Numbered from the stretch's first letter, positions 26,085 to 38,588 are shown. The stretch: 64,000 nucleotides of DNA from Felis catus (GCF_018350175.1 NC_058368.1:55492001-55556000), one strand, 5' to 3'. Program-made: numbers and translations. The notes: generated from the letters alone by a model not told the origin.

Positions 26085-26969
26085 ATGATGCAATGAAGGA
26101 ATTCACCCCAAAAGAAAGAGCAGGGAGGAACAACAGCCAGGGACTTAACCAACACAGATACAAGCAAGATGTCTGAACCAGAATTTAGAATCACCATAAT
26201 AAGAATACTAGCTGGAGTCGAAAATAGATTAGAAGCCCTTTCTGCAGAGATAAAAGAAGTTAAATCTAGTCAGGATGAAATTAAAAATGCTACAAATGAG
26301 CTACAATCACGGATGGATGCAGCGGCGGCAAGGATGGATGATGCAGAACAGAGAATCAGCCATAGAGAGGACAAATTTATAGAGAATAACGAAGCAGAAA
26401 AAAAGAGGGAGATTAAGGCAAAAGAGCATGATTTAAGAATTAGAGAAATCAGTGACTCATTGAGAAGGAACAACATTAGAATCATGGGGGTTCCAGAAGA
26501 GGAAGAGAGAGAAATAGGGGTAGAAGGGTTACGTGAGCAAATCATAGCAGAAAACTCTCCTAACCTGGGGAAAGACACAGACATCAAAATTCAGGAAGCA
26601 CAAAGGACTCCCATTAGATTCAACAAAAACCAACCATCAACAAGGCATATCATAGTCAAATTCACAAAACACTCAGGCAAGGAGAGAATCATGAAAGCAG
26701 CAAGGGGAAAAAAGTCCCTAACTGACAAGGGAAGACAGATCAGGTTTACAGCAGACCTATCCCCACAAACTTGGCAGGCCAGAAAGGAGTGGCAGAATAT
26801 ATTCAGTGTGCTGAATCAGAAAAATATGAAACCAAGAATCCTTTATCCAGAAAGGCTGTCATTCAACATAGAAAGAGAGATAAAAAGTTTCCCAGGCAAA
26901 CAAAAATTAAAGGAGTTTGTGACCACTAAACGAGCCCTGTAAGAAATTTTAAGGGGGACTCTTTCTGAG
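26085..26969 (+). pseudogene. L1 ORF1p; no frameshift in the 257-aa central ORF (26169-26942), stops at codon 4 and near the C-terminus
   Basis: RRNNIRIMGVPEE, IQEAQRTP, RHIIVKF, YPERLSF motifs. Confidence 0.95.
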
Positions 26970-26984
26970 AGGAGTAAAGATGGA

Positions 26985-27180
26985 AATATTTATATATATT
27001 GCTATATATAAATATATATATTTATAAATATAAATACATATAAATATATAAATAAATATATTATATAAATAAATATAAATAAATAAATTTATTTATATAG
27101 ATTTATTTATTTATATATAAATTTATTTATATAATATTTATATTATATATAAATAAATATATACATATATACATATACAT

Positions 27181-27211
<31 letters not shown>

Positions 27212-27215
27212 AATA
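26985..27215. repeat. AT-rich microsatellite in the L1 inter-ORF spacer
   Basis: Directly visible; contains a perfect 38-bp palindrome at 27165-27202. Confidence 0.95.
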
Positions 27216-27287
27216 AATACCAAAAGCAACAAAGACTAGAAAGGACCAAAGACCACCACCAGAAACTCAAACTCTACAAGCAACATA

Positions 27288-28031
27288 ATGACAATAAATT
27301 CGTATCTTTCAGTACTCACTCTAAACATCAATGGACTCAATGTTCCAATCAAAAGACATAGGGTAACAGAATGGATAAGAAAACAAGATCCACCTATATG
27401 CTGTTTACAAGAGACCCACTTTAGACCTAAAGACACCTTCAGATTGATAATAAGGGGATGGAGAACCATCTATCCCACATATGGTCAACAAAAGAAAGCC
27501 AGATAACCATACTTGTATCAGACAATCTAGACTTTAAAATAGACTGTATCATGAGATGCAGAAGGGCATTATATCATAATCAAGGGGTCTATCCACCAAG
27601 AAGACCTACCAATTGTAAACATTTATGTGCCAAATTTGACAGCACCCAAATATATAAATCAATTAATCACAAACATAAAGAAACTCATTGATAGTAATAC
27701 CACAATAGTAGGAGACTTCAACGCCCCACTCACAGCAATAGACAGATCATCTAATCAAAAAATCAACAAGGAAACAATGGCTTTGAATGACACACTGGAC
27801 CGGACAGACTTAACAGATATATTCAGAACATTTCACCCTAAAGCAGAATATATATTCTTCTCCAGTGCCGGTGGAATGTTCTCCAGAATAGACCACATAC
27901 TGGGACACAAATCAGCCCTAAGTAAGTACAAAAAGATCGAAATCATACTGTGCATATTTTCAGACCACAGTGCTATGAAACTTGAAATCAACCACAAGAA
28001 AAAATTTGGAAAGGTAAGTTCACTCATATGA
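27288..28031 (+). pseudogene. L1 ORF2 endonuclease domain only (frameshifted), ending ...KFGKVSSLI*
   Basis: LNINGLN, LQETH, GDFNAPL, SRIDHILG, SDHSAMKL motifs. Confidence 0.95.
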
Positions 28032-29530
28032 GGACTTTAAGATACAAAACAGATGAACATAAGGGAAGGGAAAGCAAAAATAATATAAAAACAGGGAGGG
28101 GGACAAAACATAAGAGACTCTTAAATATGGAGAACCAACAGAGGGTTACTGGATGGGTTTTGGGAGGGGGGATGGGCTAAATGGGTAAGGGGCATTCAGG
28201 AATCTACTCCTGAAATCATTTTTGCACTATATGCTAACTAATTTGGATGTAAATTAAAAATATATAATTTTTTAAAATTAAAAAAAAAAGTCAGATGATT
28301 AACTGACTGAGCCAACCAGGTACTCCAGGCATTTAGATTATTTTAAAGTACTTGTATTTTTCTCCATTGAGAAATCTTAATCTTAATTATATAAATCTTA
28401 ATTATATTTTAATTAGTCCTATTATCAGTTCTCATTTGTCTAATATATGAATTTTTAAAAAGGTAACTGTATATCTGATTTTATTATACCACTTTAATTT
28501 CTCACCCAAAACAATTGAAAAACAATTTTAACACTTTCTAATTCTACTTCGCACCCTGGTATTTAAGCAATTAAAATGTGATTTCTTTCTGCATCACATT
28601 AATGAAACTGTGTTATAAAGCTGTGCTTGTTCTATTGCCTATTTGTATCCAATTTTGTGTTTGTAGTAAACACTGTGATATAGAATAAAAATTACGATGA
28701 AACTAAATGGTTCTTTTTTTCCCATTATATAAGAAAAATATCATTCATTACAAATTCTTAATCTTGCAATTGGTATTTATTATATTCATAATGACATTGG
28801 TTGAATAAATGACTTAATAAATATAAAGAATAATAGTTTAACACTTTAGAGTTTCTAGAGTACTTTTTTATTTAAACATCAAATTAAATCAGGTCACAAA
28901 CTGGTATTATAAGAAAATAATTAATAGGTAAGAATCATTTCCTTTGGAATAGTATTGAAGTTAACTCGCCAAAATTATATAAATTCCAAAGTCAGAACAA
29001 CAAATCTACATCTTACTGAGGGGCAAAGTGATGAGTTATATTCTTTTCTTTTCATCTTTATTATTGATATACCTTGGTATTAATTATTTGTATTTATTTG
29101 ACTGAAATTTTACATAAATATACTAACTATGCATATGTTACATTGCAAATTTTATTAAGTATATATCGGTTTGGTTTCTTATCACTACAACATGCATTTA
29201 TTCTCATTTATGTATATTATGTATTAAACATAATTGACATCCTTTATGTTTTCATAATAAAATTTAAAATTTAAAAAATTGTAATTTAATCCCTGACTTT
29301 CATGAGGTACAGCCCTTATAGTAACTATACTTCTGATGCATGAACAAACTTATCACTGACAACTTAACTTTCTATAATTTATGGAATTGCATGATATTAC
29401 ATTTTTGCAACATTGATAATTTTTCCATTTAATTATACTTAAAACCTTATTATAGTAAATATAGACTTTAGGTACTTCTGAAATTTTTACTTTTAAAATT
29501 GTTCTATTAATGTTATTATTCCTACTTTAG

Positions 29531-30460
29531 ATTCCCATGAAGAGCAAAATAAGTCTTAGCCTAAACATAGGGCAATATTACTTTGGTTGGTTGATAATTC
29601 ATAAGTCAAAAGCTCATAGTTATATACTTAAACTTCTAGCTAATGGAATAAATAAACAGAACATCCTATAAAATATACTTTCTGGGTGATTGAAAAGCTC
29701 ACTTTTTCTCAGAAAAAATCATTATTATTATCCAGAAAGATTGAAGGCAATCTTTATTTCTCTTATTACACCATACCTTACTTTAGACATTTTTTACCAT
29801 GTTAAATAATATTATCTTTATGGAAATGGTCAGTAATGTATAAGATTAGATAATATGAGGAATATAATATAGTTTGAATCCAACTGTCAATAGATGGACT
29901 TCTTCCAAGCTGATTATATTATTTGAATAGTATATATCCAATACATGTCCTCATTCAGAAACAAATTTAATCTGCCAACCACTTTTATGAGCCAGGAATA
30001 CAAAGAAGATTAAAAAGTAAAGCCAAATATTTGACAGTTGACATTCTAGTGGGGCAAAAGAGACTTTAAAAGAACCATATAATGGGCATACAACAAAATA
30101 GCTACATAAATAGTACAATGTGAGCTGTGAACTTGGTAATATCTTCCCAGGAAACTTCATCCCTGGGCAACTCTCCACCATGGTATCATGCTAAATAAAC
30201 CTTGGAAAAAGATCTCTGGTGGCCAAAGATGTAAAAATAATAATGTTTTCAGATATATGTAGCAAATGAACTTCCACATACTAACACCACCATCTCTGAA
30301 ATTGGACATAGATTTAAGATTCTGGGTTAGGTCAAAAGTGAGGAATTTACCACTCCATAATTCACCAGAGGTTAAAAATGTAAGAGACCCATTAAAGAGA
30401 TAACTTATTGAACAAGAATCATTAGTTGCATATTGCAAAATGTTAATTTCTTGTATATGA
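29531..30460 (+). pseudogene. Candidate decayed exon(s), PKD-like
   Basis: tttAG acceptor, frame ...AHSYILKLLANGINKQNI; second acceptor near 30150 with a long semi-open frame. Confidence 0.3.
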
Positions 30461-30617
30461 AATTTATATGAAAATTTATATTTATATGAAAATTGCCAGG
30501 TCCGTCATTATTTGAGAGAGTGGTACACCATAGATAATTTTAGACATAAATGATTTAAAATCTCTATTTGTTTATATATAACATATATAAATACAATAAA
30601 CAAGAATAGATAGTATA

Positions 30618-30824
30618 TGGGCACCTGGGTGACTCAGTTGTTAAGTGTCTGACTTAGGCTCAGGTCATGATCTCATGGTTTGTGGGGTTGAGCCCCATGT
30701 TGGGCTCTGTGCAGACAGTTTGGAGCCTGGAGTTTTCTTCGAATTCTGTGTATCCCTCTCTCTCTCTGCCCTCCCCTGCTCTCTCTCTTTTTCTCTCAAA
30801 AATAAACATTAAAATTTTGTTTTT
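30618..30824 (+). mobile_element. CanSINE
   Basis: TSD aagaatagata/gctata. Confidence 0.94.
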
Positions 30825-31370
30825 AAGAATAGATGCTATAAATGTAGTTTTAAAATTCAAATAAATGGTAAGGAAGGGTAAAACTCTCACTATTTGCAGA
30901 TGGCATCATACTGTATATAGCAAACCCTAAAGAATCCACCAAAAAATTACTAGAACTGATGAATTCATTAAAGTCATAGGATGCAAAATCAATGTACAGA
31001 AATCTGTTGTACTCCTATACACTAGTAATGAAACAGCATAAAATGAAATTAAGAAAACAATCCTATTCACAATCACAACAAAAACAACAAAATATCTAGG
31101 AATAAACTTAACCAAAGAGGTGAAATACTCATACTCTGAAAACTATAAAACTACGATGAAAGAAATTCAAGACAACACAAAGAAATAGAAAGACGTTCCA
31201 TGCTCATGGATTGGATGAGCAAATATTGTTAAAATGTCTATATACTACTCAAAGCAATCTACACATTTAGTGCCATCCCTATCAAAATATCCACAGAATT
31301 TTGTTGATAGAACAAACAATCCTAAAATTTGTATAGAACTACAAAAGACTTTGAATAGCTAAAGCAACCT

Positions 31371-31588
31371 TTTTTTAAAAATTTTTTTAAATGTTTATTT
31401 ACATTTTAAGAGAGAGACAGAATGAGAGTGGGTTAGGGGAAGAGAGAGAGGGAGACACAGAATCCAAAGCAGGTTCCAGGGTCTGAGCTGTCAGCACAGA
31501 GCCTGACACGGGGCTCGAACTAACAAACTGTGAGGTCATGACCCAAGCTGAAGTTGAACGCTCAACCGACTGAGCCACCCAGGTGCCC
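31371..31588 (-). mobile_element. CanSINE
   Basis: TSD tgaatagYtaaagcaa. Confidence 0.95.
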
Positions 31589-32729
31589 TGAATAGTTAAA
31601 GCAATCCTGAAAAAAAAACAAAAGTGGAGGTATCACAATTCCAGACTTCAAGTTATATTCCAAAGTGGTAGTAGTTTAAAATGGTATGGCACTGGCATAA
31701 AAATAGATACGTAGATCAATGGACCAGAGCAGAAAACCTAGAAATAAATCCATGGCTTATTATATAGTTATGGTTATTTATATGGTTAATTATCTCTGAC
31801 AAAGTTGGAATGAATATACAAAGGGAGAAAGAGAAGTATCTTCAACAAATAGTGCTGGGAGAATGGGACAGCCACAGGCAAATGAATGAAACTGGACCAC
31901 TTTCTTTCACCATATGTAAAAATAAACTCTAAATGGATTAAAGACCTAAATGTGAGACCTGAAACCATAAAAATTCTTGAAGAGAACACAGGCAGTAATT
32001 TCTCTGACCCTGGCTGTAGCAATATTTTTCTAGGTATTTCTCCCGAGACAGGGAAATAAAAACAAAAATCAACTATTGGGACTACATAAAAAGTTTCTGC
32101 ACAGCAAAGGAAACAATCAGCAAAACTAGAAGGCAACCTACTGAATGGGAGAAGGTATTTGCAAATGACATATCTGATAATGGGTTAGTAACCAAAATAT
32201 ATAAAGAACTGATACAACTAACACAACACTGAAAATAATAATAATAGTAATCCAATTAAAAATGAGAAAACATGAACAGACACTTTTCCAAAGAAGACAT
32301 ACAGATGGTCAACAGACACATAGAAAGATGCTCAACATCACTCATGATCAGGCAAGTGCAAATCAAAACTACAGTGAGCTATCACCTCACACCTGTCAAA
32401 AGGCTAAAATAAAAAACAAAGAAACAAGTGTTGGCAAGAATGTGGAGGAAAAAGAGAACACTTTTGCACGATTGGTAGGATTGGTAGAATACAAATTGAT
32501 GCTGCCATTGTAGAAAACAGCATGGAGGTTCCTCAAAAAATAAATTTAGAACTACCCTATGATCCACAAATCACACTACTGGGTATCTACCCCAAAATAC
32601 AAAAACACTAATTCAAAGGGATACATGAACCCTTATGTTATTACAGCATTAATTATAATAGACAACTCTGAAAGCAACTCAAGCAAAGAAAAAAAAAAGA
32701 GAGATACACAAATGAAGAAAAAGACTCTT

Positions 32730-32933
32730 AAAATTTTTTAATGTTTACTTTTTATTTTTGAGAGAGTGACAAAGAGTGCAAGCAGAGAGAGAGGGACATA
32801 CAGAATCCAAAGGAGACTTTAGGCTCTGAGCTGTGAGCACAGCATCCAATGCAGAGCTCAAACACATGAACGGCGGAGATCATGACCTGAGCTGAAGTCG
32901 GATGCTTAACTGACTGAGCCATCATGGTGTCCC
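32730..32933 (-). mobile_element. CanSINE
   Basis: TSD aaaagactctt. Confidence 0.93.
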
Positions 32934-33135
32934 AAAAGACTCTTAACTATAGAGAACAAACTGATGGTTACCAGAGAGGAGGTGGGCAGGAGGATGGGAG
33001 AAATAGGGGATGGGGATTAAAGAGTACATTTATGATGAAAAATAAAATATAAAAAAAGAAAAAGGAAAAAAAAATTAAAGTATAATAATGTATGTCCCAG
33101 TCAAGATACAGAACATTAACAACTTGGAAGTTTCC

Positions 33136-33347
33136 TTTTTTTTTTTTTTTTAATTTTTATTTGAGACAGAGAGGGAGCACTCAGCAGGGGAAGGGCAGAG
33201 AGAAAGAAGGAAGAGAGAGAGAATCTTAAGCAAGCTTACATGAACAGTGAGGAGCTTACATGGGGCTCGATCCCATAAGCCTGGGATCATGACCTGAGAC
33301 AAAAATCAAGAGTCAGATGCTCAACCAACTGAGCCACCCAGGAGCCC
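33136..33347 (-). mobile_element. CanSINE
   Basis: SINE body and poly-T. Confidence 0.93.
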
Positions 33348-33379
33348 TGGAAGAGTTGTTTTTTCGTTTGTTTTTGTTT

Positions 33380-34080
33380 TTGTTTTTTTTATCCTTCCTA
33401 TATTATAACCAGTACCCTCTTCCACATTAATATTACTAAATTTTAGATATTTTCACTTACTTCTTATGTTACCAGGCATGTGTATAACCCTAAATTATAA
33501 ACAATTTTGCCTACTTTTGACTCTTACATAAAGGATATCATTCTGATTATATTTTATGTGTCTTGTCATTTCTTTTGTCCAGAATTAATTTTTTAGATTT
33601 GCTTAGGTGGATGCTAGAGCAACTTAATCTTCAAAATTCTGTGGAATTTAAATGTATGATCACAAATTTTCTATTTTATAGTATGTTTCATTTTATTAGT
33701 AGTAAGAAAAATTCCAATTTCACTGAGAATTTCCAATTGTAAGCAAATCATCATACTGTTGAGAGTTCTCATTTTTTTTTTCTAACCCTCACAATTAGAG
33801 ATTTAAACTAGAATTATATATTTTAAAGTCTGGTGAACATAAAATGGTATCTCATTTTGTTAAAATTTGTATGTTCTTGATTATTTATGAGGTTAGGTAT
33901 TTTATTTAATGTGTTGGCCACCCATGATTATTACCCTTGAATAATCTGTCCTTAACTAATTTGTCCATTTTTTAAACAAACTGGTGTTTGCTTTTCTTCT
34001 TCTTTATGTCTTCTAGATGCTATAAAATTATCAGTAATATGTGTTTTAAATATATTTTTTTTAGTCCAGTGCTTTCTGGT
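33380..34080 (-). mobile_element. Old L1M fragment
   Basis: aatggtatctcattttg...tgatta...tgaggtt motif of the L1 ORF2 3' end. Confidence 0.6.
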
Positions 34081-34285
34081 CATTCCTGACATCTGAAAGT
34101 TTCTCTTATATTCCTACAAACAAAGCTATGATTTTAAGTAAAATCTTCCTATTATTTTGTGTGTCTATAAGTTAAGTTTCTGTATAATCATAATAATGTT
34201 TCTGCACGCATAAAGTGAAATGTCTGTCTAGTTTGTCCTAATGTCAGAATTAAAAGTCATGGAAGCATTTATCATGTAATTTCAG

Positions 34286-34432
34286 GTCAAGGAAATCTAT
34301 ATCTAACACAGTGGCTTGATGACAAGATTGTTAATTTCACATTCCTTTATCTGGTAAAGCAAACAGTTTGGCTCTATCAAAACTGTGCAAGGCCAACTTT
34401 TCAATGTTACAATGGAGTGGATCAAAATGAAT
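34286..34432 (+). pseudogene. Relic exon A (147 nt, phase 1-1, fully open)
   Basis: tttcAG| ... |GTAAGA; translates GQGNLYLTQWLDDKIVNFTFLYLVKQTVWLYQNCARPTFQCYNGVDQNE. Confidence 0.6.
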
Positions 34433-34616
34433 GTAAGATTATGGGAAGACAATGTTGGTTCCCTATGCTTCAGTAAATAAAATGATTTTTAAATGTTAAC
34501 ATAATTGATTTGTTCTGTCACTGGATTCTCTAACAAATGTGTATGTGTATAAGCTTTTATGCTATTCTGAGAATTTGTAAAATTTTTCTAAAGTAGTTAT
34601 GTTTTGACATGATAAG

Positions 34617-34806
34617 GTATTTCTCTGGATGTTTTATACTCTTCAGAAGTTCATCATAGAGGTCAATCCACTATGTTGAGCCTTACAGAATGAATATTTT
34701 TGCATGATGTAGAAAGTAGCAATGGCTTCTCCTACATAAAATTCTATTTAATTGTGAATATAAGTGAACAAAATAATTTACGATATGCTTTCAAATTTGA
34801 ACTGAG
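34617..34806 (+). pseudogene. Relic exon B: PKD domain C-terminal half plus start of C-type lectin, one in-frame TGA
   Basis: Phase 1-2; LTE*IFLHDVESSNGFSYIKFYLIVNISE matches the PKD motif GxYxVxVxAxNxxS; ends NNLRYAFKFELR (CY.F-like). Confidence 0.6.
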
Positions 34807-34902
34807 GTAGTCTTATGAAATTTTTAAACTCTTATGATATTCTTTTATATTTTCACAACTAATAAGTTATTTTCTTCAGATGGTAAAGGGAAAAGGAAAT
34901 TC

Positions 34903-35120
34903 TTTTTTTAAATTTTTTTTAGTGTTTATTTTTTAGAGAGAGAGAGAGAGAGAGAGAGAGTGCAAGTTGGAAAGTAGCAGACAGAGGGAGACACAGAATC
35001 TGAAACAGGCTCCAGGCTCTGAGCTGTCAGCACAGAGCCTAAGGGGGCTTGAACTCACTAACTGTGAGATCATGACCGAGCCAAAGTCAGCCACTAAACT
35101 GACTGAGCCACCCAGGTGCC
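34903..35120 (-). mobile_element. CanSINE (older)
   Basis: TSD aaggaaatt. Confidence 0.95.
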
Positions 35121-35130
35121 TCAAGGAAAT

Positions 35131-35358
35131 TTTTTTTTTTAATTTTTTTTTCAACGTTTATTTATTTTTGGGACAGAGAGAGACAGAGCATGAACGGGGG
35201 AGGGGCAGAGAGAGAGGGAGACACAGAATCGGAAACAGGCTCCAGGCTCCGAGCCATCAGCCCAGAGCCTGACGCGGGGCTCGAACTCCCGGACCGCGAG
35301 ATCGTGACCTGGCTGAAGTCAGACGCTTAACCGACTGCGCCACCCAGGCGCCCCCCCC
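35131..35358 (-). mobile_element. Young felid SINE inserted into the TSD of the previous SINE
   Basis: TSD caaggaaattttt. Confidence 0.96.
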
Positions 35359-35820
35359 AAGGAAATTTTTTAATTAGTGAATATATTTTTCTTTCTTTGA
35401 GATTATGCTTAAATCTGTATTAAAAAAATTAAATTGTACTATTCTGACTTTATCAAAAATATAATAAAATATGATAATGCAACTATTTTTAAAAGCAATA
35501 AAACAAATATTCTCTGGAGTTTTATCTAGAAGTAAGAGCATATAATTCACTTCTATTTCTTCTTAACCGTACATTCTTTACTCCTGTATTTATTTAATTG
35601 ATATAAATATATTCTTACTCCCTCAACTTCCTGATTTTAAAATATAGAATATGAGTTTTGATTTTTACTAGAAAAGGGGGATTATGATAATTTTATCAGA
35701 TAAGGTTTATATTTCTTGATAGGATTTGCTTCACCATCATGTGATATGATCAAAGTTTGAAGCAACAGTTGCCGTTGTTATAATACTGAATGTTTACTTT
35801 GTTCTAAAGATGTTGATGAA

Positions 35821-35978
35821 AGGCACCTGGGTAATTCAGTTGGTTAAGTGATGTACTCTTGATTTTGGCACAGGTTATGACCTCACAGTTATGTGATCAA
35901 GCCCCACTTCAGGCTCCTTGCAGAGCATGGAGCCTGCTTGGGATTCTTTCTCCCTTTCTCTGCCTCTCCCCTACTCAT

Positions 35979-36015
<37 letters not shown>

Positions 36016-36060
36016 GTCTCTGTCTCTCTGTCTCTATCTCTCAAAATAATTAAACATTAA
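35821..36060 (+). mobile_element. CanSINE
   Basis: TSD ...ttgatgaa; long (CT)n. Confidence 0.92.
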
Positions 36061-36165
36061 AATATTGATGAAAGAAATTTTATTACTTTTTGTAGTGTAG
36101 ATCTTTATTTATTTGATTTTTTTGTCTGATAACTACAGATAAGTAAAAGACATTTAATTCTAATT

Positions 36166-36405
36166 TTTTTAAGTTTATTTATTCATTTTAAGAGAGAGAG
36201 GGAGAGTGCTAGCCGGGAAGGGGAAGAGAGAGAGGGAGAGCACTAGCAGCAGCGGGACTGAGAGACAGGGAGAGAGAGAATCTCTCTGTCAGCACAGAGC
36301 TCAATTACACAAACTGTGGAGCTCAATTCCACTAACTTTGAGATCATAAATCTTAGCAGAGATTGAGAGCCAAACACTTAACTGACTGAGCTACCCAGGT
36401 TCCCC
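36166..36405 (-). mobile_element. CanSINE
   Basis: Perfect TSD aagacatttaattctaatt. Confidence 0.92.
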
Positions 36406-36774
36406 AAGACATTTAATTCTAATTAAGAAAATGAAAATGTTCTAGTTCAGGAAGTCAAAGAAGTTTTTGTAGAAAATTTGTTATCTGATTCTTTTCTTTA
36501 AATTATTTTCTAAACAAGTAAGTATGAGAATCACAAAGACGGTGAGGAATGAGTCTTAAACAAACATTTAATTTAATAAGTGCATGTTGAGTACAGAGTG
36601 GGCTACATTTAAAAAAATGAGTTTTCTTTCTGTACCTACATATATGGGCATGAACGTATATATACAGAAACCTATAAAAATACCCTTAAGAATCTTATTG
36701 AAGCAATGGGCATCAACTAAAAAAATGATAATTTGCATCCATCTGCAACACATGATTTTGTAGTTTTTTCTTAG

Positions 36775-36913
36775 GAGATTCATAGACTCTCATGACACCT
36801 GTCAAACTCTGAGATGGAGTTTAACTATCTCTGCTCCAAAGATGAACAATTTTGTTTGGAAACAAGAAGTACTCTCAAATGAGGAGGAATACCATCAAAT
36901 GTTTCAAATGTAG
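36775..36913 (+). pseudogene. Relic exon C: C-type lectin N-terminal half
   Basis: Strong acceptor ttttttcttAG, phase 2 matching exon B; RFIDSHDTCQTLRWSLTISAPKMNNFVWKQ resembles CTLD F.DA...C....L..I.S...N.FV. Confidence 0.6.
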
Positions 36914-37339
36914 ATACTTTAGAAAATATGAAAAACATCTTTGGATCTTCCCAGGGAAGAATGGAAAACAGGCAGCATAGAGGAAATATTTTCAGATAAG
37001 CATTAAAAAATGTATTTTGTAACTATATATAAATAATATAATTTTACTTGACTCTTGTAGTAAAACATGGGGATATAGACTATAAAATAAAAATGAATAA
37101 TAATAGCACAGATACCATCATTTGCAGATAGTTACATTGGAACATTTTGTATATGTTTTATATTTCTGTACTTTAATGTGGGTATTTGAAATAAGCATTT
37201 TAATGGTATCAGTTACATTACACAATTAGGGCTATATACTATATTTATATGAATTATTTTGAACTCTGTATATCGTTATTATTTACTTATTTTTATGTTT
37301 CTGCTGAGGCAAATCCATGTTTATCAATGGGCTCCTCTA

Positions 37340-38220
37340 GCATTATACTCAATGGTGAAAAGTAAATCAGGTTCCTTCTAACATAAGGCACAAGACAGGG
37401 ACTTTGATCTTCATTTATTTTATCCAATACTGTAATGTAGGTACTAGCCATTATAACAAGACTATAAAAACCTACACATAATTTAGAAAGTTGTGCAACT
37501 GTCTGTATTTTATGATATTATTGCTTATGTGGAAAATACTAAGGAAGGTATAAAAATAATCTCCTAGCATTAATAACTACTTTAACAAGGATACAGAAAA
37601 ACAACCAGTATACAAAAATCAAGTGTGTTTTTGTGTACTAAAGAAAAGTGAAATACTATCTCAAAAATTAATTTTATAAATTTGTTAAAAATTTTTATTT
37701 ATTTTTGAGAGAGACAGAGATAGAATGCAGGTGGGTTAAGGGCAAAGAAGAGAGGGAGACACAGAATCCGAAGCAGGCTCCAGGCTCTAAGCTGTCAGCA
37801 CAGAGCCCAACGTGGGGCTCGAACTCACAAGCTGTGAGATCATAACCTGAGCCGAAGTTGGATGCTCAACCAACTGAGCCACCCAGGCGCCCCTCAAAAA
37901 TTCATTTTATATCAGTGTAAAAAAATATAAAATACATTAGGGAAAACTTAAGAAAATATGTGCAAGGTATCAAGATTTTCATATTAAAATTTAGAAAGCA
38001 TTGATAAGAGAAATTAATACAGACTCAAATAAATGAATGGAAGGATATGCCATGTACAGAAATTAGAAGATTCAATATTATGGTGATGTCAATTCTTCTG
38101 AAATTGGTATATAAATGCAGTACAATCTGCCTCTCGCCAAAGAAGATAGATTTTTTTTCTTTTGATAGAATCTGACAAGTTTACTCTATAAATTGTATAA
38201 TGATGGAAACTACAGAAGAA
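37340..38220 (+). mobile_element. Old L1M ORF2 (RT) fragment
   Basis: cattatactcaatggtgaaa...caagacaggg motifs. Confidence 0.75.
37679..37893 (-). mobile_element. CanSINE
   Basis: TSD tcaaaaattMattttata. Confidence 0.96.
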
Positions 38221-38370
38221 TGGAAAGGTGTTTACAATTAGACAAGAAGAAAATTGCGACACAATAACTGTTTTTAAAGAGTATATAACATTCATTTTGC
38301 AAATTATATAATAATTTAAATCTATTAATGCTAATTTGCTAAATAAACCATGAGGCATATTATTTTGCAG

Positions 38371-38510
38371 TCTACAAAACTTGGTTAGTTTGTACTATCT
38401 GAGCTACAACTATTCCCATTGTTGTGTTATATATGCTAAACTGTGTTTGGATGCTTGGTTGTTCTGTACATCTAAGCATTTTCCATCAGCTTTTATCTTG
38501 ACTTGGAAAG
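38371..38510 (+). pseudogene. Relic exon D: C-type lectin C-terminal half (frameshifted)
   Basis: ttttgcAG; YKTWL, then SHCCVIYAKLCLDAWLFCTSKHFPSAFI resembling YxNW...xCV...W...C...FIC. Confidence 0.5.
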
Positions 38511-38588
38511 ATTTTCACTTCTTTTATATGAGTTGTCCTTCATTTTTGTCTTATCTAAAGCCCCTCTGAATCTATTACTTGAATTTGA

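Larger units (their letters stand above)
24365..28284 (+). mobile_element. Carnivore L1 with full 5'UTR, ORF1, EN domain and 3'UTR; about 3.1 kb internal deletion removing RT and CTD
   Basis: gaggagccaagatggc start; TSD aaaaagtcagatgctta / aaaaagtcagatgatta; junction at 28017/28018 by comparison with the L1 at 46799. Confidence 0.95.
24125..28326 (-). mobile_element. CanSINE split by an L1 insertion (24125-24363 plus 28285-28326)
   Basis: SINE sequence resumes exactly after the L1 A-tail. Confidence 0.92.
30855..33075 (+). mobile_element. 5'-truncated carnivore L1 (ORF2 RT C-terminal half to 3'UTR), two SINE insertions
   Basis: ctatttgcagatggcatc (FADD-like), PCSWIG, 3'UTR, A-tail. Confidence 0.92.

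Noticed and set aside
28011..28025. L1 deletion explained as a spliced-RNA product
   Set aside because: The GTAA that splicing would remove is retained and no AG acceptor precedes the resumption point
34691..34693. In-frame TGA read as selenocysteine
   Set aside because: It aligns with an expected glycine, other exons have stops and frameshifts, and there is no SECIS evidence
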